NCBI GenBank assembly: GCA_964476175.1
Contig: CAYYYU010000059.1
Coordinates: 1,088 to 65,087, forward strand
Reading direction: 5' to 3'
Length of the DNA: 64,000 nucleotides
Source: an uncultured Nitrosopumilales archaeon
GTDB lineage: Archaea > Thermoproteota > Nitrososphaeria > Nitrososphaerales > Gagatemarchaeaceae
Part shown: in pieces, positions 63,020 to 64,000 of the stretch
How the letters are laid out: each line of letters begins with the position of its first letter
Position numbering within the stretch: position 1 is the stretch's first letter
The notes under the pieces: model-generated
Database searches by the model: none
Told to the model about the DNA's origin: nothing
What the model saw: the letters and a program-made list of their open reading frames with translations, nothing else
Position numbers and translations under genes: made by a program

Positions 63020-63445
63020 ATGATCAACCCCTACGAGATGGTTTCGCGTTCAGCCCTGCCTGCGCTGAGGGCCATGGTGGCCAAACGGATGCAGGGAGAG
63101 TACCACATGACCCAGCAGCAGGTTGCAAAGCGCCTCGGTGTCACGCAGGCCTCGATCAGCAACTACGCCCGCAGGGCGAGAGGCTCGATGTTCAACTTCG
63201 AGACTGACCCCACTGTCTCCAAGGCTGCCGACAGAATCGCCGAAATACTCTCCGGAGAGAACCCAAACGAACGCGAAGCACTCCAGACGATGACTGAAGT
63301 GTGCGACTACATCCGGTTCAACCGCCTGATGTGTTCGTTCCACCAAGACCTCGAGCCGACCTACGACATCAACAGCTGTGCCGCCTGCGAAGGGGTCCTG
63401 ACCGGAAAGGAATTTCAAAGGCTGAAGATGGCAGTCGGTCAGTAG
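63020..63445 (+). CDS. HTH transcriptional regulator with C-terminal Cys/His cluster
   Basis: 141 aa. 'MTQQQVAKRLGVTQASISNY' XRE-type HTH, and 'C..H....C..C' in the tail. Confidence 0.65.
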   Translation: MINPYEMVSRSALPALRAMVAKRMQGEYHMTQQQVAKRLGVTQASISNYARRARGSMFNFETDPTVSKAADRIAEILSGENPNEREALQTMTEVCDYIRFNRLMCSFHQDLEPTYDINSCAACEGVLTGKEFQRLKMAVGQ

Positions 63446-63447
63446 CT

Positions 63448-64000
63448 TTGCAGACCGAAGCGAAGCCCGAGTGGCTCACCGTACAGCCTCCGCATGGGGG
63501 CGACTACCGGAACCTCAAGGGAATCTTCTCGACACTCAACCTCCACACCGTGTGCGAGGAAGCTCACTGCCCGAACGTGCACGAGTGCTGGGGCGGAGGG
63601 ACTGCGACGCTCATGCTGATGGGGGACACGTGCTCAAGGGCTTGCCGTTTCTGCATGGTCACCCCTGGGAAGCCGAACGGGGTCCTTGACCCCCTCGAAC
63701 CCGAGAACGTCGCCTTCGCGCTCTCCCAGATGGGGTTGACCTACGTGGTCCTGACCTCTGTGGACAGGGACGACCTGCCTGACGGAGGAGCCAGCCACTT
63801 CGCCAGGACAATCAGCCTCGTCAAGGAACGGCTCCCAGCGATGTTGGTCGAGGTCCTGATCCCAGACTTCCAGAACGACCTGGACGCCTTGGAAGCGATC
63901 GTAAGGTCCAGGCCCGACGTTGTTGCTCACAATCTGGAGACCACCCTCCGGCTCACCCCCACAGTCAGGGACCCCAGGGCGGGCTACTGGCAGTCACTTT
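63448..64000 (+). CDS. lipA: Lipoyl synthase (partial, runs off the window)
   Basis: Not in the track because it has no stop. TTG at 63448, then 'KPEWLTV', 'LHTVCEEAHCPNVHECW', radical-SAM 'CSRACRFC' and 'TSVDRDDLPDGGA'. Confidence 0.85.
   Translation, partial: MQTEAKPEWLTVQPPHGGDYRNLKGIFSTLNLHTVCEEAHCPNVHECWGGGTATLMLMGDTCSRACRFCMVTPGKPNGVLDPLEPENVAFALSQMGLTYVVLTSVDRDDLPDGGASHFARTISLVKERLPAMLVEVLIPDFQNDLDALEAIVRSRPDVVAHNLETTLRLTPTVRDPRAGYWQSL

Noticed and set aside
1-64000. CRISPR arrays, transposase/IS elements, integrases, toxin-antitoxin pairs
   Set aside because: I found no regularly spaced direct repeats, no DDE/HUH transposase or tyrosine/serine recombinase motifs, and no small paired ORFs of TA type while reading both strands. 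The mobile content is of the intein/LAGLIDADG type only.

Overview
High-GC (about 58-62% in housekeeping genes, judged by eye) archaeal chromosome segment, densely packed with core genes. These include TiaS, TFE, aTrm56, NAC, A-type ATP synthase genes (H-F-E and A-B-D), a class II ribonucleotide reductase, TrpRS, PheRS alpha/beta, DnaG, Pelota, enolase, MetAP, EndoQ, an isolated 5S rRNA, SRP RNA and five tRNA genes. Two things stand out.

(1) The window is saturated with selfish genes: three LAGLIDADG inteins (one in atpA, two in the RNR), four free-standing LAGLIDADG ORFs and one orphan 432-aa low-GC ORF. Every free-standing element sits directly beside a tRNA gene, and all five tRNAs carry hand-folded introns, mostly at non-canonical positions. 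At four loci a duplicated or degenerate copy of the tRNA 3' region lies on the far side of the inserted ORF. At a fifth locus a resident mpg gene has been truncated and replaced by a divergent copy that travels with a LAGLIDADG gene.

(2) A three-gene operon encodes a hingeless SMC ATPase whose head motifs look SMC5/6-like, a ScpA-type kleisin and a MAGE/Nse3-like tandem winged-helix 'kite' protein. It is bracketed by two paralogous Lhr-type helicases, and one of these leads an orphan gene and a metallophosphoesterase. This is my best candidate for an undescribed system.

Other points of interest: a degenerate NrdD-like protein fused to a wHTH and an ATP-cone next to the RNR, a membrane-anchored ArsR gene interrupting the ATPase cluster, an archaeosortase with a PEF-CTERM substrate, and twin palindromic operators between mntH and a DtxR-family regulator.

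All calls come from reading the ORF track and the sequence by eye. tRNA folds, intron borders, start codons and remnant alignments are manual and need computational confirmation. Most long ORFs antisense to the genes listed are treated as GC-driven shadow ORFs.
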